A stretch of 60,253 bases of DNA, the filler included. It is 4 parts of 4 records of this genome, joined end to end, with 100 filler letters (N's around TTAATTAATTAA, not from the genome) between each part and the next. Parts side by side here need not be neighbours in the genome. Positions count along the whole stretch, not along the records: positions 1 to 21,709 come from SRR2962707_2753; 3 more parts are not named here. The stretch is one strand, 5' to 3'. Positions within the stretch are counted from its first letter, which is position 1. Each line of letters starts with the position of its first letter. Below are positions 1-9,150 of this stretch, one piece after another. A program made the position numbers and the translations under genes. The notes under the pieces were generated by a model, which was not told the origin of the DNA, searched no databases, and saw nothing but the letters and a program-made list of their open reading frames with translations.

Positions 1-3000
1 TGCCGATGCCGCCGAACCACAGCAGGTCGATATCGGCTCTGAGAATCGCCGACATGATTTCGCTCGGCGAAGCGCTGACCCCGGTGAGGCCCAGAAGATT
101 TTGCATCTGGGGCGTGAGCGGGATGGATTTGGCCCGGCGCGAGAACACCCCGCCGCCCTCGGAAATCAGCGCGGAGTCGTAGTCCTGCCAGCTCGAGCGC
201 GGCAGCGCGAAAAGCCGCTCGCGCTCGGCAAAGCTCTTTTCGATATCGGGCTCGGGATCGATGAAGATGTCGCGGTGGTCGAAGGCCGCAACCAGAGCGA
301 TTTTGGGCGAAAGCAGCATGCCGTTGCCGAAAACGTCGCCGCTCATGTCACCGACACCGGCCACTGTGAAGCTCTGGGTCTGGATATCGATATCGATTTC
401 GCGGAAATGGCGTTTGACCGCCTCCCAGCCGCCGCGGGCCGTAATGCCCATCTTCTTGTGGTCGTAACCGGCCGATCCGCCCGAGGCAAAGGCGTCGCCC
501 AGCCAGAAATCGCGGCTTTCAGAAATGGCGTTTGCCGTATCGGAAAAGCTTGCGGTGCCCTTGTCGGCGGCAACCACGAGATAGGGGTCGTCGCCGTCCC
601 GCCTGAAAATCTCTTCGGGCGGCAACACGGTGTCGCCCACCAGATTATCGGTCACGTCGAGCAGGCTGGAGACGAATATCTTGTAGCACGCCGTGCCCTC
701 GGCCAGAAACGTGTCGCGGTCTGGGTTGGCTGGCATGAGGCGGGGCACGAACCCGCCCTTGGCGCCCACCGGCACGATCACCGCGTTCTTGACCATCTGC
801 GCCTTGACCAACCCCAGGATTTCGGTGCGGAAATCTTCGGCGCGATCCGACCAGCGCAGCCCGCCGCGGGCAATCGGCCCGCCCCGCATATGGATACCTT
901 CGAGGCGGGGGGAATAGACGAAAATCTCGCGCCACGGTCTCGGCTGGGGTATCCCTTCGAGCCGCGTGGCGTCGAACTTGATGGCGAGCGCCGGGCGCGG
1001 CTTGCCGTCTATGCGTTGGTAGAGATTTGTCCTGACGCTGGATTCGATCAGGTTGAGCAACCGCCGGATGATCCGGTCCTCGTCGATCGAAGTTATGGTT
1101 TCGAGCCCGGCGACAATTTCGGCGCGCAACGCTTCGGCTGCCGCCTCGCGGTCTGCGTCGAGATGGGGATCGTGCAGGGTGTGGAACAGTTCGACAAGCG
1201 CGCGGGCGGTGGCCGGGTGGGCCGAAAGTGCCGTCCAGATGTAAGTCTGTGACCAGGCAATGCCGACCTGTTTGAGGTAACGCCCCAGGGCGCGCAGGAT
1301 TGCCACATCGGCGTGGCCGAGCCCGGCGGTCAGGGTCAGCCGGTTGTAGCCGTCGTTTTCAACCAGACCGCTGGACACCGCGAGGATGCCGTCCTCGATG
1401 CGGCGAGCGCTTTCGCCCAGGTCGATTTCGGTGCCGTCGCCGGTCCGGATCGACATGGCGTGCAGAAAGCGTGGCTGCGGCCCGAGCGGGCGTATGGTGT
1501 AGGTGCGCTCATCGATCACCGAGAAGCCGAAATTTTCCAGCATCGGCACCCGGGCCGAAAGCGGAATGGGATCGGCGCGGTGATAGACGTTGAGCGTCAG
1601 GCTCGACGGCCCTTCAGTCCCACGGCTGAGCCGCACGGCCAGCGGATTGTCGGGGCCCAGCGCCTTGAACACGGCGATATCGTCCAGGGCATCGGCGTGC
1701 GAGTGGGCCACCTGATAATCGGCGGAAAAGGCGCTTGCGTAATCGGCGATGTCGCCGGCATGGGGCGCCGCCGAAAGCAGGCGGTCGGCAAAGGTTCGGG
1801 TCAGCTCGGAAATTTCCGCTTCCAGCGCCTCGCGGTCGGGGCGCGGGGTGGGGCCACCATTGCGCCCGATGATGAAATGCACCCGGGCCAGATCGCCTTC
1901 GGGGAAGTCGGGGGCAAAGGCCGAGACGCGTCCGTCATAGCGGTTGGCGAGATGTTCGCCGATCCGGGCGCGGACATTGGAATCGAAGCGGTCGCGCGGC
2001 AGGTAAACGAGAACGGAAACGAAATTGTCGAACCTGTCGATGCGCGGCAGAACCCGCACGCGCGGCCGGTCGGGCAGGGTGGCGATGACATTGGCGAATT
2101 CGAAAAGCTCGTCCTGGGAAATCTGGAACAGCTCGTCGCGCGGGTAATTGTCCAGCGTGTTCATCAACGCCTTTCCGGCGTGCGAGCGCGGATCAAAGCC
2201 CGATTGCGCCATCACCTCGGATATCTTGCGCCGGATCAGCGGCACCTCGCTGCACGGTGTGGCCAGCGAGGCGGATGTGAAGAGCCCCAATATGCGCAAT
2301 TCGCCGGTGATCGTGCCGTCTGCGTCGAAGGTCTTGATGCCCACATAGTCCATATGCACGCGCCTGTGTACAAGCGAGCGCCGATTGGCCTTGGTGACCA
2401 TGAGCGGCTCGTCGGTATCCAGAAACGCCAGATGCTGATCGTTCTTGTGCACGTATCGCGTGCCTTGGCGCAGATAGAGATAATCGGGGTCGCGCAATAT
2501 GCCCAGGCCCGATCCATCGAGAGGAACAAGGGTTTGCTCCTCGCCTTCCCCGGTCAACCGGTATTGGCGCATGCCCAGGAAGGTGAAATTGTGGTCGGCC
2601 AGCCAGGCAAGAAAATGGATCGCCTCGGTCAGCGCCTGTTCGCGCATGGCCGGCGGGTGCGACCGATAGGCGACCACTGCCGTGCGCAGACGCTCGAGCA
2701 TCTCGCGCCAGTCGACAACCGCGGCGCGCACCTGCGCCATGGTCTGGGTCAGTTCCTCGGAAATGACCGAAAGTGAGTGGGTATCGGGGGGCGTGTCGAT
2801 GTGGATCTGGAGCACGCTTTCCTTGCGGGCGCCCTCGGTCTCCTCGATCACCTGCCAGGGGGATGTGGTGTCGTCCACGGCAACGACCGGATGGGTCATG
2901 AAACGGATCGAGCCGCCGGCCGCCCTTATGGCCGCGAGCGCTGAATCGACGATAAACGGGGTATCGGCCGAATAGATGTCGATAATCGTTATCCCGGACA

Positions 3001-3238
3001 CGATCTCAGCATCGGGTGTCCAGATGCGGATATCGGCCTTGCCGGGGGTCCGCTGGCCGATATGGGAATATGTGGTGGCCAGAAGCGCTTCGAGCGTTTG
3101 CGCTGGATAAAGCAGCAAATCCTGCTCGTCTGCCGAACGGAGCGCGTTGGTCACGAACCGCGCCAGTTCGGGCTTTTCTGACTTTAGCGCGATCAGGCGG
3201 TCGCGCCAGGGGCGCAGGTTATCTGTGGTGTCGATCAT
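1..3238 (-). CDS. gdhB: Large NAD-specific glutamate dehydrogenase (GDH2 family), 3'-truncated by the window edge
   Basis: Not in the ORF track because it runs off the edge. The minus frame starts MIDTTDNLRPWRDRL at 3238 and at the left edge reads EIMSAILRADIDLLWFGGIG, the GDH2 motif, in the same frame. GLVKAQMVKNAVIVPVGAKGG lies at ~760-820. Confidence 0.93.
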   Translation of the reverse strand, partial: MIDTTDNLRPWRDRLIALKSEKPELARFVTNALRSADEQDLLLYPAQTLEALLATTYSHIGQRTPGKADIRIWTPDAEIVSGITIIDIYSADTPFIVDSALAAIRAAGGSIRFMTHPVVAVDDTTSPWQVIEETEGARKESVLQIHIDTPPDTHSLSVISEELTQTMAQVRAAVVDWREMLERLRTAVVAYRSHPPAMREQALTEAIHFLAWLADHNFTFLGMRQYRLTGEGEEQTLVPLDGSGLGILRDPDYLYLRQGTRYVHKNDQHLAFLDTDEPLMVTKANRRSLVHRRVHMDYVGIKTFDADGTITGELRILGLFTSASLATPCSEVPLIRRKISEVMAQSGFDPRSHAGKALMNTLDNYPRDELFQISQDELFEFANVIATLPDRPRVRVLPRIDRFDNFVSVLVYLPRDRFDSNVRARIGEHLANRYDGRVSAFAPDFPEGDLARVHFIIGRNGGPTPRPDREALEAEISELTRTFADRLLSAAPHAGDIADYASAFSADYQVAHSHADALDDIAVFKALGPDNPLAVRLSRGTEGPSSLTLNVYHRADPIPLSARVPMLENFGFSVIDERTYTIRPLGPQPRFLHAMSIRTGDGTEIDLGESARRIEDGILAVSSGLVENDGYNRLTLTAGLGHADVAILRALGRYLKQVGIAWSQTYIWTALSAHPATARALVELFHTLHDPHLDADREAAAEALRAEIVAGLETITSIDEDRIIRRLLNLIESSVRTNLYQRIDGKPRPALAIKFDATRLEGIPQPRPWREIFVYSPRLEGIHMRGGPIARGGLRWSDRAEDFRTEILGLVKAQMVKNAVIVPVGAKGGFVPRLMPANPDRDTFLAEGTACYKIFVSSLLDVTDNLVGDTVLPPEEIFRRDGDDPYLVVAADKGTASFSDTANAISESRDFWLGDAFASGGSAGYDHKKMGITARGGWEAVKRHFREIDIDIQTQSFTVAGVGDMSGDVFGNGMLLSPKIALVAAFDHRDIFIDPEPDIEKSFAERERLFALPRSSWQDYDSALISEGGGVFSRRAKSIPLTPQMQNLLGLTGVSASPSEIMSAILRADIDLLWFGGIG

Positions 3239-3381
3239 TCCCGGCGCCCCTTAACGTCTTCCGGTATAGCGGAGAGCTTATGCCCTTGCGGCCGGAAAGC
3301 CAATATCAGCTTTAAAATTCAAAGACATAAGACCATGGTATCTGTCAGCGTTGCTGCCCTTTTCGGGCCGGGCCGGAACGC

Positions 3382-3407
3382 AAAGAGCCGGGCAGCTTGC
3401 CCGGCTC
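3382..3407 (-). terminator. Intrinsic terminator downstream of hppA
   Basis: 10-bp stem GAGCCGGGCA/TGCCCGGCTC with a short T-run on the minus strand. Confidence 0.6.
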
Positions 3408-3429
3408 CTCTGGTGTGTCGCCCGTTCTT

Positions 3430-5562
3430 CTAGTGAAGCACGGCCAAAAGCAGCAGCGCGATGATATTTGTGATTTTTATCATTGGATTGACAGCGGGAC
3501 CGGCAGTGTCCTTGTAGGGATCGCCCACGGTATCACCGGTGACCGAGGCTTTGTGAGCTTCCGATCCCTTGTAATGGGTTTGCCCGGTGGAATCGGTGAA
3601 CCCGTCTTCAAAGCTCTTTTTGGCGTTGTCCCAGGCGCCGCCGCCCGCCGTCATGGAAATGGCGACGAACAGGCCCGTGACGATCACGCCCAAAAGCATG
3701 GCGCCCAGCGCTGCAAAAGCCGCCGCCTTGCCGGCGATGAGAAGGATTACCCCGAACACGACCAGCGGCGAGAGCACCGGAAGCAGCGAGGGAACGATCA
3801 TTTCCTTTATCGCGGCCTTGGTCAGCATATCGACGGCCCTGCCATAGTCGGGCTTTTCGGTGCCCTCCATGATGCCGGGCTTTTCGGCAAACTGCCGACG
3901 CACCTCGACCACCACCGATTGGGCGGCGCGACCGACTGCAGTCATGGACATGCCGCTGAACAGGAACGGCAACAGCCCACCAAACAGAAGCCCGACAACC
4001 ACGTAGGGGTCGGCCAGCGAGAAGCTGATTTGCCCGACACCGAAATAGAAGTCGCCTTCGACCGCCTCGCCGATGAAATAGGCAAGGTCCTGGGTGTAGG
4101 CGGCAAACAGCACCAATGCGCCCAGACCCGCCGAACCGATGGCATAGCCCTTGGTCACGGCCTTTGTGGTGTTGCCCACAGCATCGAGCGCGTCGGTGTT
4201 CTTGCGCACTTCGTCGGGCAGGCCCGCCATTTCGGCAATGCCGCCGGCATTGTCGGTCACCGGTCCGAAAGCGTCGAGCGCCACGATCATGCCGGCCAGT
4301 GCCAGCATGGTGACCACGGCAACCCCGATGCCGAACAGGCCGGCGAGGGAATAGGTGACGATGATGCCCGCGATGATGACAAGGGCGGGCAGGGCTGTCG
4401 ATTCAAGCGACACGGCGAGCCCCTGGATCACATTGGTGCCGTGGCCGGTAATCGAGGCTTCGGCGATCGAATTGACCGGGCGCCGGCCCGTTCCGGTATA
4501 GTATTCGGTGATCCAGATGATGAGCCCGGTGATGACCAGTCCGGCCACACCGCAGCCATAGAGTGCCCATGGGGTGAAAGTGATATCGCCCACGGCAATG
4601 GATCGGCTCATGTCGCCGAAGATCAGCCACATGACTGGAACAAGGGCGATCAGCGAGAGCACGCCGGTGGCAAGTACGCCCTTGTAGAGCGCGCCCATGA
4701 TGTTGCCCGAAGCGCCCAGCTTCACGAAATAGGTCCCGGCAATCGAGGTCAGGACGCACACCCCGCCAATGGCGAGGGGCAAGACCATGCCGATCAGTTT
4801 GAGATCGACCGGCAGGATGATCGCGGCGAGCACCATTGTGGCGACGATGGTCACCACATAGGTTTCGAACAGGTCGGCGGCCATGCCGGCGCAATCGCCG
4901 ACATTGTCGCCGACATTGTCGGCGATGGTTGCAGGATTGCGCGGATCGTCCTCGGGGATACCCGCTTCGACCTTGCCCACCATGTCGCCGCCCACGTCGG
5001 CACCCTTGGTGAAGATGCCGCCGCCCAGCCGGGCAAAAATGGAAATCAGCGAAGCGCCGAAGCCCAGAGCGACAAGAGCGTCGATGACGGTCCGGTCAGT
5101 CGCTTCGAACCCGATGCCCAAAAGAACGAGGAAATAGACTGTGACACCCAACAGACCAAGACCGGCAACCAGCAGTCCGGTCACGGCGCCCGATTTGAAC
5201 GCCAGGTCGAGCCCGCCGGCCAGCGAGGTGGTCGCCGCCTGGGCAACGCGCACATTGGCGCGCACCGAGACGTGCATGCCAATGAACCCTGCAGCCCCGG
5301 AAAGTACCGCGCCGATCAGAAATCCTATGGCCGCGTACATGCCGAGCAGCAGCCAGGCGATGACAAGGATAACGGCGCCGACAATGGCGATGGTTGTGTA
5401 CTGGCGCTTGAGATAGGCGGTGGCGCCTTCGCGCACCGCGTTTGAGATTTCCTGCATGCGGGCACTGCCGGCATCGGCGGCCAGAAGCGTACGTGTGGTC
5501 ACGATGCCATAGACGACCGAAAGGACGCCGCAGGCAATAATCAGCCATAAGGCCAAAGTCAT
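3430..5562 (-). CDS. hppA: Membrane H+-translocating pyrophosphatase, K+-independent type
   Basis: Motifs [40 protein letters not shown] has Lys at the K+-independence signature position. ATG at 5562 follows GAGGGG. Confidence 0.95.
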   Translation of the reverse strand: MTLALWLIIACGVLSVVYGIVTTRTLLAADAGSARMQEISNAVREGATAYLKRQYTTIAIVGAVILVIAWLLLGMYAAIGFLIGAVLSGAAGFIGMHVSVRANVRVAQAATTSLAGGLDLAFKSGAVTGLLVAGLGLLGVTVYFLVLLGIGFEATDRTVIDALVALGFGASLISIFARLGGGIFTKGADVGGDMVGKVEAGIPEDDPRNPATIADNVGDNVGDCAGMAADLFETYVVTIVATMVLAAIILPVDLKLIGMVLPLAIGGVCVLTSIAGTYFVKLGASGNIMGALYKGVLATGVLSLIALVPVMWLIFGDMSRSIAVGDITFTPWALYGCGVAGLVITGLIIWITEYYTGTGRRPVNSIAEASITGHGTNVIQGLAVSLESTALPALVIIAGIIVTYSLAGLFGIGVAVVTMLALAGMIVALDAFGPVTDNAGGIAEMAGLPDEVRKNTDALDAVGNTTKAVTKGYAIGSAGLGALVLFAAYTQDLAYFIGEAVEGDFYFGVGQISFSLADPYVVVGLLFGGLLPFLFSGMSMTAVGRAAQSVVVEVRRQFAEKPGIMEGTEKPDYGRAVDMLTKAAIKEMIVPSLLPVLSPLVVFGVILLIAGKAAAFAALGAMLLGVIVTGLFVAISMTAGGGAWDNAKKSFEDGFTDSTGQTHYKGSEAHKASVTGDTVGDPYKDTAGPAVNPMIKITNIIALLLLAVLH

Positions 5563-5849
5563 AGTGGTATTCCCCTCACTTTGCGTCCGGATCGGCATGT
5601 CGAGAGGCTCGGCACGAGGCTGGCACTCCGATGCGGTCCGGTCTACTTCCCTTCTTGCACCGCCGCCAAAATTTCCTCTCCCCTGGCGACAGCAAAGACC
5701 CGCACTTTACTGCGGCCAGAATGGAGGATGGCCCAAGATCAGCGCAGAGGCAATCCTCTATTCTTGCGCTCTATTTTAGTCAGTATTGCTGGCTTATTTA
5801 TGCTTACCGGCTTGAAATGCAATGATGTTCGCCGGGCATTACTGTTGAC

Positions 5850-6170
5850 CTATCGGTCCGCCAGGCTTTCCAATGCAGTGCGGAGCACGCCGGGTTCTCC
5901 CCGGGCCAGAATCACCTTGGTTCGGCTGGTCTGGCCGCTGGAAAGGGACAGGGCGGATTTGGGAAGGGTAAGGGCCTTGGCCAGAAGGGAGATGACGGCG
6001 CTATTGGCCGCGCCCTTATCGGGCGGGGCACAGACCCGAACGGCCAGCGCGCAGCTTCCATCGGCGCGGGTTTGCGCGCCCTCGAGCCTGTCTGCACTGG
6101 CATTGGGGGTGACGCGCAGCGTGATCCGCGCGCCGTCGGGAACGAGCGTGTAAAAGGAGGGGCTGCTCAC
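5850..6170 (-). CDS. DUF167/YggU family protein
   Basis: LRVTPNAS...VRVCAPPDKGAAN...LSSGQTSRTK. The GTG start overlaps the yggT stop (GTGA). Confidence 0.85.
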   Translation of the reverse strand: MSSPSFYTLVPDGARITLRVTPNASADRLEGAQTRADGSCALAVRVCAPPDKGAANSAVISLLAKALTLPKSALSLSSGQTSRTKVILARGEPGVLRTALESLADR

Positions 6171-6472
6171 AGCCCCTGCATGGCAACCTGACGCATGAGC
6201 GGATAGAGGATCACCAGCCGGATGAAGTAGATCGTCAGAAACAGGACGATCGGGGAGATATCGAGTCCGCCGAAATTGGGCAGCACCCGCCGGATGGGCG
6301 CCAGCAACGGGTTGGTCAACTGCCAGAGCATATTGGCGACCGTCGCGACGAACTGGTTGGACATGTTGAGAATGTTGAAGGCCAAAAGCCAGCTCATGAT
6401 CACCTGGGCGATCATGATGAAGATGACAAGGCTCAAGACCACGTCGATGAATTGTAAAAGCCCAAACAGCAT
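6167..6472 (-). CDS. yggT: YggT family membrane protein
   Basis: MSWLLAFNILN...LTNPLLAPIRRVLPNFGGLDISPIV. Confidence 0.92.
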   Translation of the reverse strand: MLFGLLQFIDVVLSLVIFIMIAQVIMSWLLAFNILNMSNQFVATVANMLWQLTNPLLAPIRRVLPNFGGLDISPIVLFLTIYFIRLVILYPLMRQVAMQGL

Positions 6473-6568
6473 TGGCGGTCCCTTTATGCAATCGGTTCTA
6501 TATAGATCGTGAAAAGCCTTATGGAAATGGGTGTGGCGATCTGATGGCCGCGCCCTGTCCCAGCAAAG

Positions 6569-6650
6569 AAAAAAGGCCCGCCTCAATTACGCGAGGTTCG
6601 GGCCTTTGCAAGAGTTTGCCCGGTACGCAACACACAAAGATCCGGACAGG
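6569..6650 (-). ncRNA. Candidate sigma54-dependent small RNA (~82 nt)
   Basis: Starts ~12 nt below a -24/-12 element. 5' hairpin UGUCCGG/CCGGGCA with an 18-nt U/G-rich loop, then terminator AAGGCCCG..CGGGCCUU plus U-tract. No credible ORF. Ends are inferred. Confidence 0.6.
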
Positions 6651-6660
6651 GGCATGCAAG

Positions 6661-6676
6661 GCACAGACCGTGCCAA
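6661..6676 (-). promoter_or_regulatory. sigma54 (-24/-12) promoter
   Basis: Minus strand TTGGCACGGTCTGTGC has GG-N10-GC spacing with a perfect TGGCACG. Confidence 0.75.
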
Positions 6677-6719
6677 AAACCGGTTACTCAATATGGGGCG
6701 CGTCGCGTGCGATTTGTCT

Positions 6720-6732
6720 CAATATGTTGAGA
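6720..6732 (-). promoter_or_regulatory. IHF-like site between enhancer and sigma54 promoter
   Basis: TCTCAACATATTG against consensus WATCAANNNNTTR, one mismatch. Confidence 0.45.
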
Positions 6733-6759
6733 TCGGGCACAAGAACGCATTTTCAGCTC

Positions 6760-6795
6760 TTGCATTTTGCAACGCATGAGAATTGCAAAATGCAA
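6760..6795. promoter_or_regulatory. Tandem enhancer boxes TTGCA-W3-TGCAA (bEBP upstream activating sequence)
   Basis: TTGCATTTTGCAA at 6760-6772 and TTGCAAAATGCAA at 6783-6795, about 115-140 bp upstream of the inferred TSS. Confidence 0.6.
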
Positions 6796-6799
6796 AATT

Positions 6800-7276
6800 T
6801 CACGCGGTTTCGTCAGCTTCAGGATTGACGTCCGGCGGGGTGGTGGGCCGCTTTGCCTGGTTGCGCAGGATGGTGCGTTGACGCGATGAGACCCCGATCA
6901 ACTCGGCGACGCGCCAGACCATGTTGTCTTCAAGCTCATGATTGGTGTCGTCGGCAAACACCACCTGCCACATCATCCTGATGATCTCGATTTTTTCGGG
7001 CTCTTCGAGTTGGGCGAGCTTTGAGGTGAACTGGTAGAAATCGACGGCGTCGCGGTCGCGCCGACGGGCCTCGGCAATAATGCGCTTCACTTCGGATTCG
7101 TCGAGGCCGTAATAGTCCTTGAGGGCGTTGGCGATGGCCTTGGCTTCAATGGGGCTCGCGGTGCCGTCGACCGATGCGAGATGGACCAGCAAAGCGGCCA
7201 CCGCAAGGCGCGGCTCGGTCGGCTGGGCTGTGCCCTTTTCGGGTTGGCGAAACAGCTTTGCCAGAGAATCGAACAT
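6800..7276 (-). CDS. TerB-family (tellurite resistance-like) protein
   Basis: AVAALLVHLASVDG...DFYQFTS...MMWQVVFADD..HELEDNMVWRVAELIGV; start taken at MFDSLAKLF. Confidence 0.85.
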   Translation of the reverse strand: MFDSLAKLFRQPEKGTAQPTEPRLAVAALLVHLASVDGTASPIEAKAIANALKDYYGLDESEVKRIIAEARRRDRDAVDFYQFTSKLAQLEEPEKIEIIRMMWQVVFADDTNHELEDNMVWRVAELIGVSSRQRTILRNQAKRPTTPPDVNPEADETA

Positions 7277-7527
7277 CGAACGGCACCCTTTCGCGGGCAA
7301 TGAACGGCCAAAAAACTGAGCGCCGACCGATTCTGGCGGTTTGGCGCAGGTCTCTAGGGTAAGGACCGCCCGTGCCCGGCTCAAGCGTCCTTGCGCGGTC
7401 GTGAGCAAGGATTTTTTCCAATGTCGTTTGCGTGCCACAGGCAATTTGGAGGTCGTTGTTTTCTCCCAATGACCGCGATAGGGTCGCCGCGTGACTCTGG
7501 GCTGGCATTGGGGAGGAGCCGGACGCG

Positions 7528-8061
7528 ATGATTGCGGCTTGGGCATTGATCGTGGGAGGGCTCGTCCGCATCGTCGGTGAGGTGCTGGAAATCCTGGCCG
7601 GCGGCCATACGGCCTTGAGCAGCGGCATCGCCGGAGGCGCGCTGGTTCTTGTCATGATCGGCTTTGCAGGGCTCTGGCCCGAGGCGCGCAACAGCCGGCT
7701 GGCCCGGCTGGCCATCATCATGATCGGGCTCGGCGCACTCGGCTTTGCGTCAATCGCAGCCTGGTCGGTGAGCCATGGCACTTTACCCGTGCATGTCGTG
7801 TCGAGGATGCCGGTCTTTATCGGCGTCGCGGCCATTACGCTTGTCGGCGCCCTGGCCCTGGCCGGGTGGCTGATTTCATCGGCGTTCTATCCGGCGTGGA
7901 TCGGGATTGTGATGAGCGTTTCCATAGCAATGTCGCTGGTGAGCAGTTTTGTCGCGTTCCCAGCGCTCGTCCAACCGCTTATCGATCTGGTTATGGCGTT
8001 GACCTTCATCCAGCTCGGGCTTTGCATGCGCGAGCGGCGCGGAATCGGAAATCGTTTATGA
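7528..8061 (+). CDS. Hypothetical multi-pass membrane protein (paralog A)
   Basis: 177 aa, ~6 hydrophobic segments, GGAGGAG RBS. Confidence 0.75.
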   Translation: MIAAWALIVGGLVRIVGEVLEILAGGHTALSSGIAGGALVLVMIGFAGLWPEARNSRLARLAIIMIGLGALGFASIAAWSVSHGTLPVHVVSRMPVFIGVAAITLVGALALAGWLISSAFYPAWIGIVMSVSIAMSLVSSFVAFPALVQPLIDLVMALTFIQLGLCMRERRGIGNRL

Positions 8062-8624
8062 TCCTTGCTGTAATCCTGCTTGTGGGCTGTGCCCTTTGGG
8101 CGCTCGGCGAAGCCATCATGCTTACGGGCGACCAGATCACGGTTCTGGGTGGCACCATCGCAACGGTGGGGATGACCCTGGCCGGAGCCAGCATCTGGAC
8201 GCTCAAGGATCTGCCAGGCATGGCCCGGCCCGGCCGCGTGGGTATTGTCTTGAGCGCTTTTGGCGCCTTTTCCTTTGCCATGGTGATGATTATCGTCCTC
8301 ACCTCGGGGGTGCTGGGGGCAATGGCCGACGGCACTGTGCGGCACGCCGATATCGTTTTCACCCCGTTCTACCTTCTGGCCCTGGTGTTCATCGTGGCAG
8401 GCATGAGCGCGTTTGCCATCCACTTCAAAGCGGCCCCGGGGGCGCCCGCCGTCGCGGCGCTGGTGCCGGCAGGGCTGGCAGCCGGACATCTGATGAGGCT
8501 GTTTGCCGCCGATATGCCGGCCTATCACGAGACGCTCTCGGTTGCCCTGGCGCTCTATCTGGGCTGGCTCGGCGTGCGCCGGATTGCCTTGGCCCGTAGC
8601 GTAGCGCAACCCGAACCGCGGTGA
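8058..8624 (+). CDS. Hypothetical multi-pass membrane protein (paralog B)
   Basis: ATGA overlap with the upstream gene; 188 aa hydrophobic; starts MILAVILLVG. Confidence 0.75.
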   Translation: MILAVILLVGCALWALGEAIMLTGDQITVLGGTIATVGMTLAGASIWTLKDLPGMARPGRVGIVLSAFGAFSFAMVMIIVLTSGVLGAMADGTVRHADIVFTPFYLLALVFIVAGMSAFAIHFKAAPGAPAVAALVPAGLAAGHLMRLFAADMPAYHETLSVALALYLGWLGVRRIALARSVAQPEPR

Positions 8625-8630
8625 TGGCGC

Positions 8631-8918
8631 CTAAAGCGCGTCGATGGCGCCTGCAAGATCGATGTCCTTTTGGGTCAGACTGCCCTTGTCGTGGGTCTTG
8701 AGCGCAATGTCGACGCGATTGTAGCTGTTTGACCAGTCGGGGTGGTGATTGGCTTTTTCCGCCAACAGCGCCACCCGGGCCATGAAGGCAAAAGCGCGGG
8801 AGAAATCTTCAAACTTGAAGCTTTTTTCAATGGCGCCGCTGTCATTGATCCGCCAGCCATCCAGACCGGCCATCGCAGTTTTTGCGTCGAACCCGGTTTC
8901 CGATCCATTGTCCGTCAT
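8631..8918 (-). CDS. phhB: Pterin-4-alpha-carbinolamine dehydratase
   Basis: [13 protein letters not shown]...[25 protein letters not shown]. Confidence 0.9.
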   Translation of the reverse strand: MTDNGSETGFDAKTAMAGLDGWRINDSGAIEKSFKFEDFSRAFAFMARVALLAEKANHHPDWSNSYNRVDIALKTHDKGSLTQKDIDLAGAIDAL

Positions 8919-9150
8919 TTCGCTTTTTCCCGTCACCGTGGCATTATCAGGATGCATTCCGCCGCGGCGATGTCCTTAACCTGGGTAAGGGACGGTCATC
9001 GAACCGGGCCAGATGCAGTGTAAAGAGGTTCTTTACCACACCGCAACTTCGTGCCTGCAACCGATTGGTGGGCACGACATTGTCAACGTGATGCAAACCG
9101 CTGAAAGGCAAGGTGGTTCCAGCCGAACCTGTCGGAATCTGGTCAGAATA

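Noticed and set aside
101-5445. Long plus-strand ORFs (383, 487 and 682 aa)
   Set aside because: Antisense shadows of gdhB and hppA caused by high-GC codon bias; no motifs
5621-5635. TGGCACTCCGATGC, sigma54-like site near hppA
   Set aside because: GG-N9-GC spacing is wrong and it points away from hppA
7423-7438. Minus-strand TGGCACGCAAACGAC upstream of the terB-like gene
   Set aside because: The -24 half is good but there is no GC at -12
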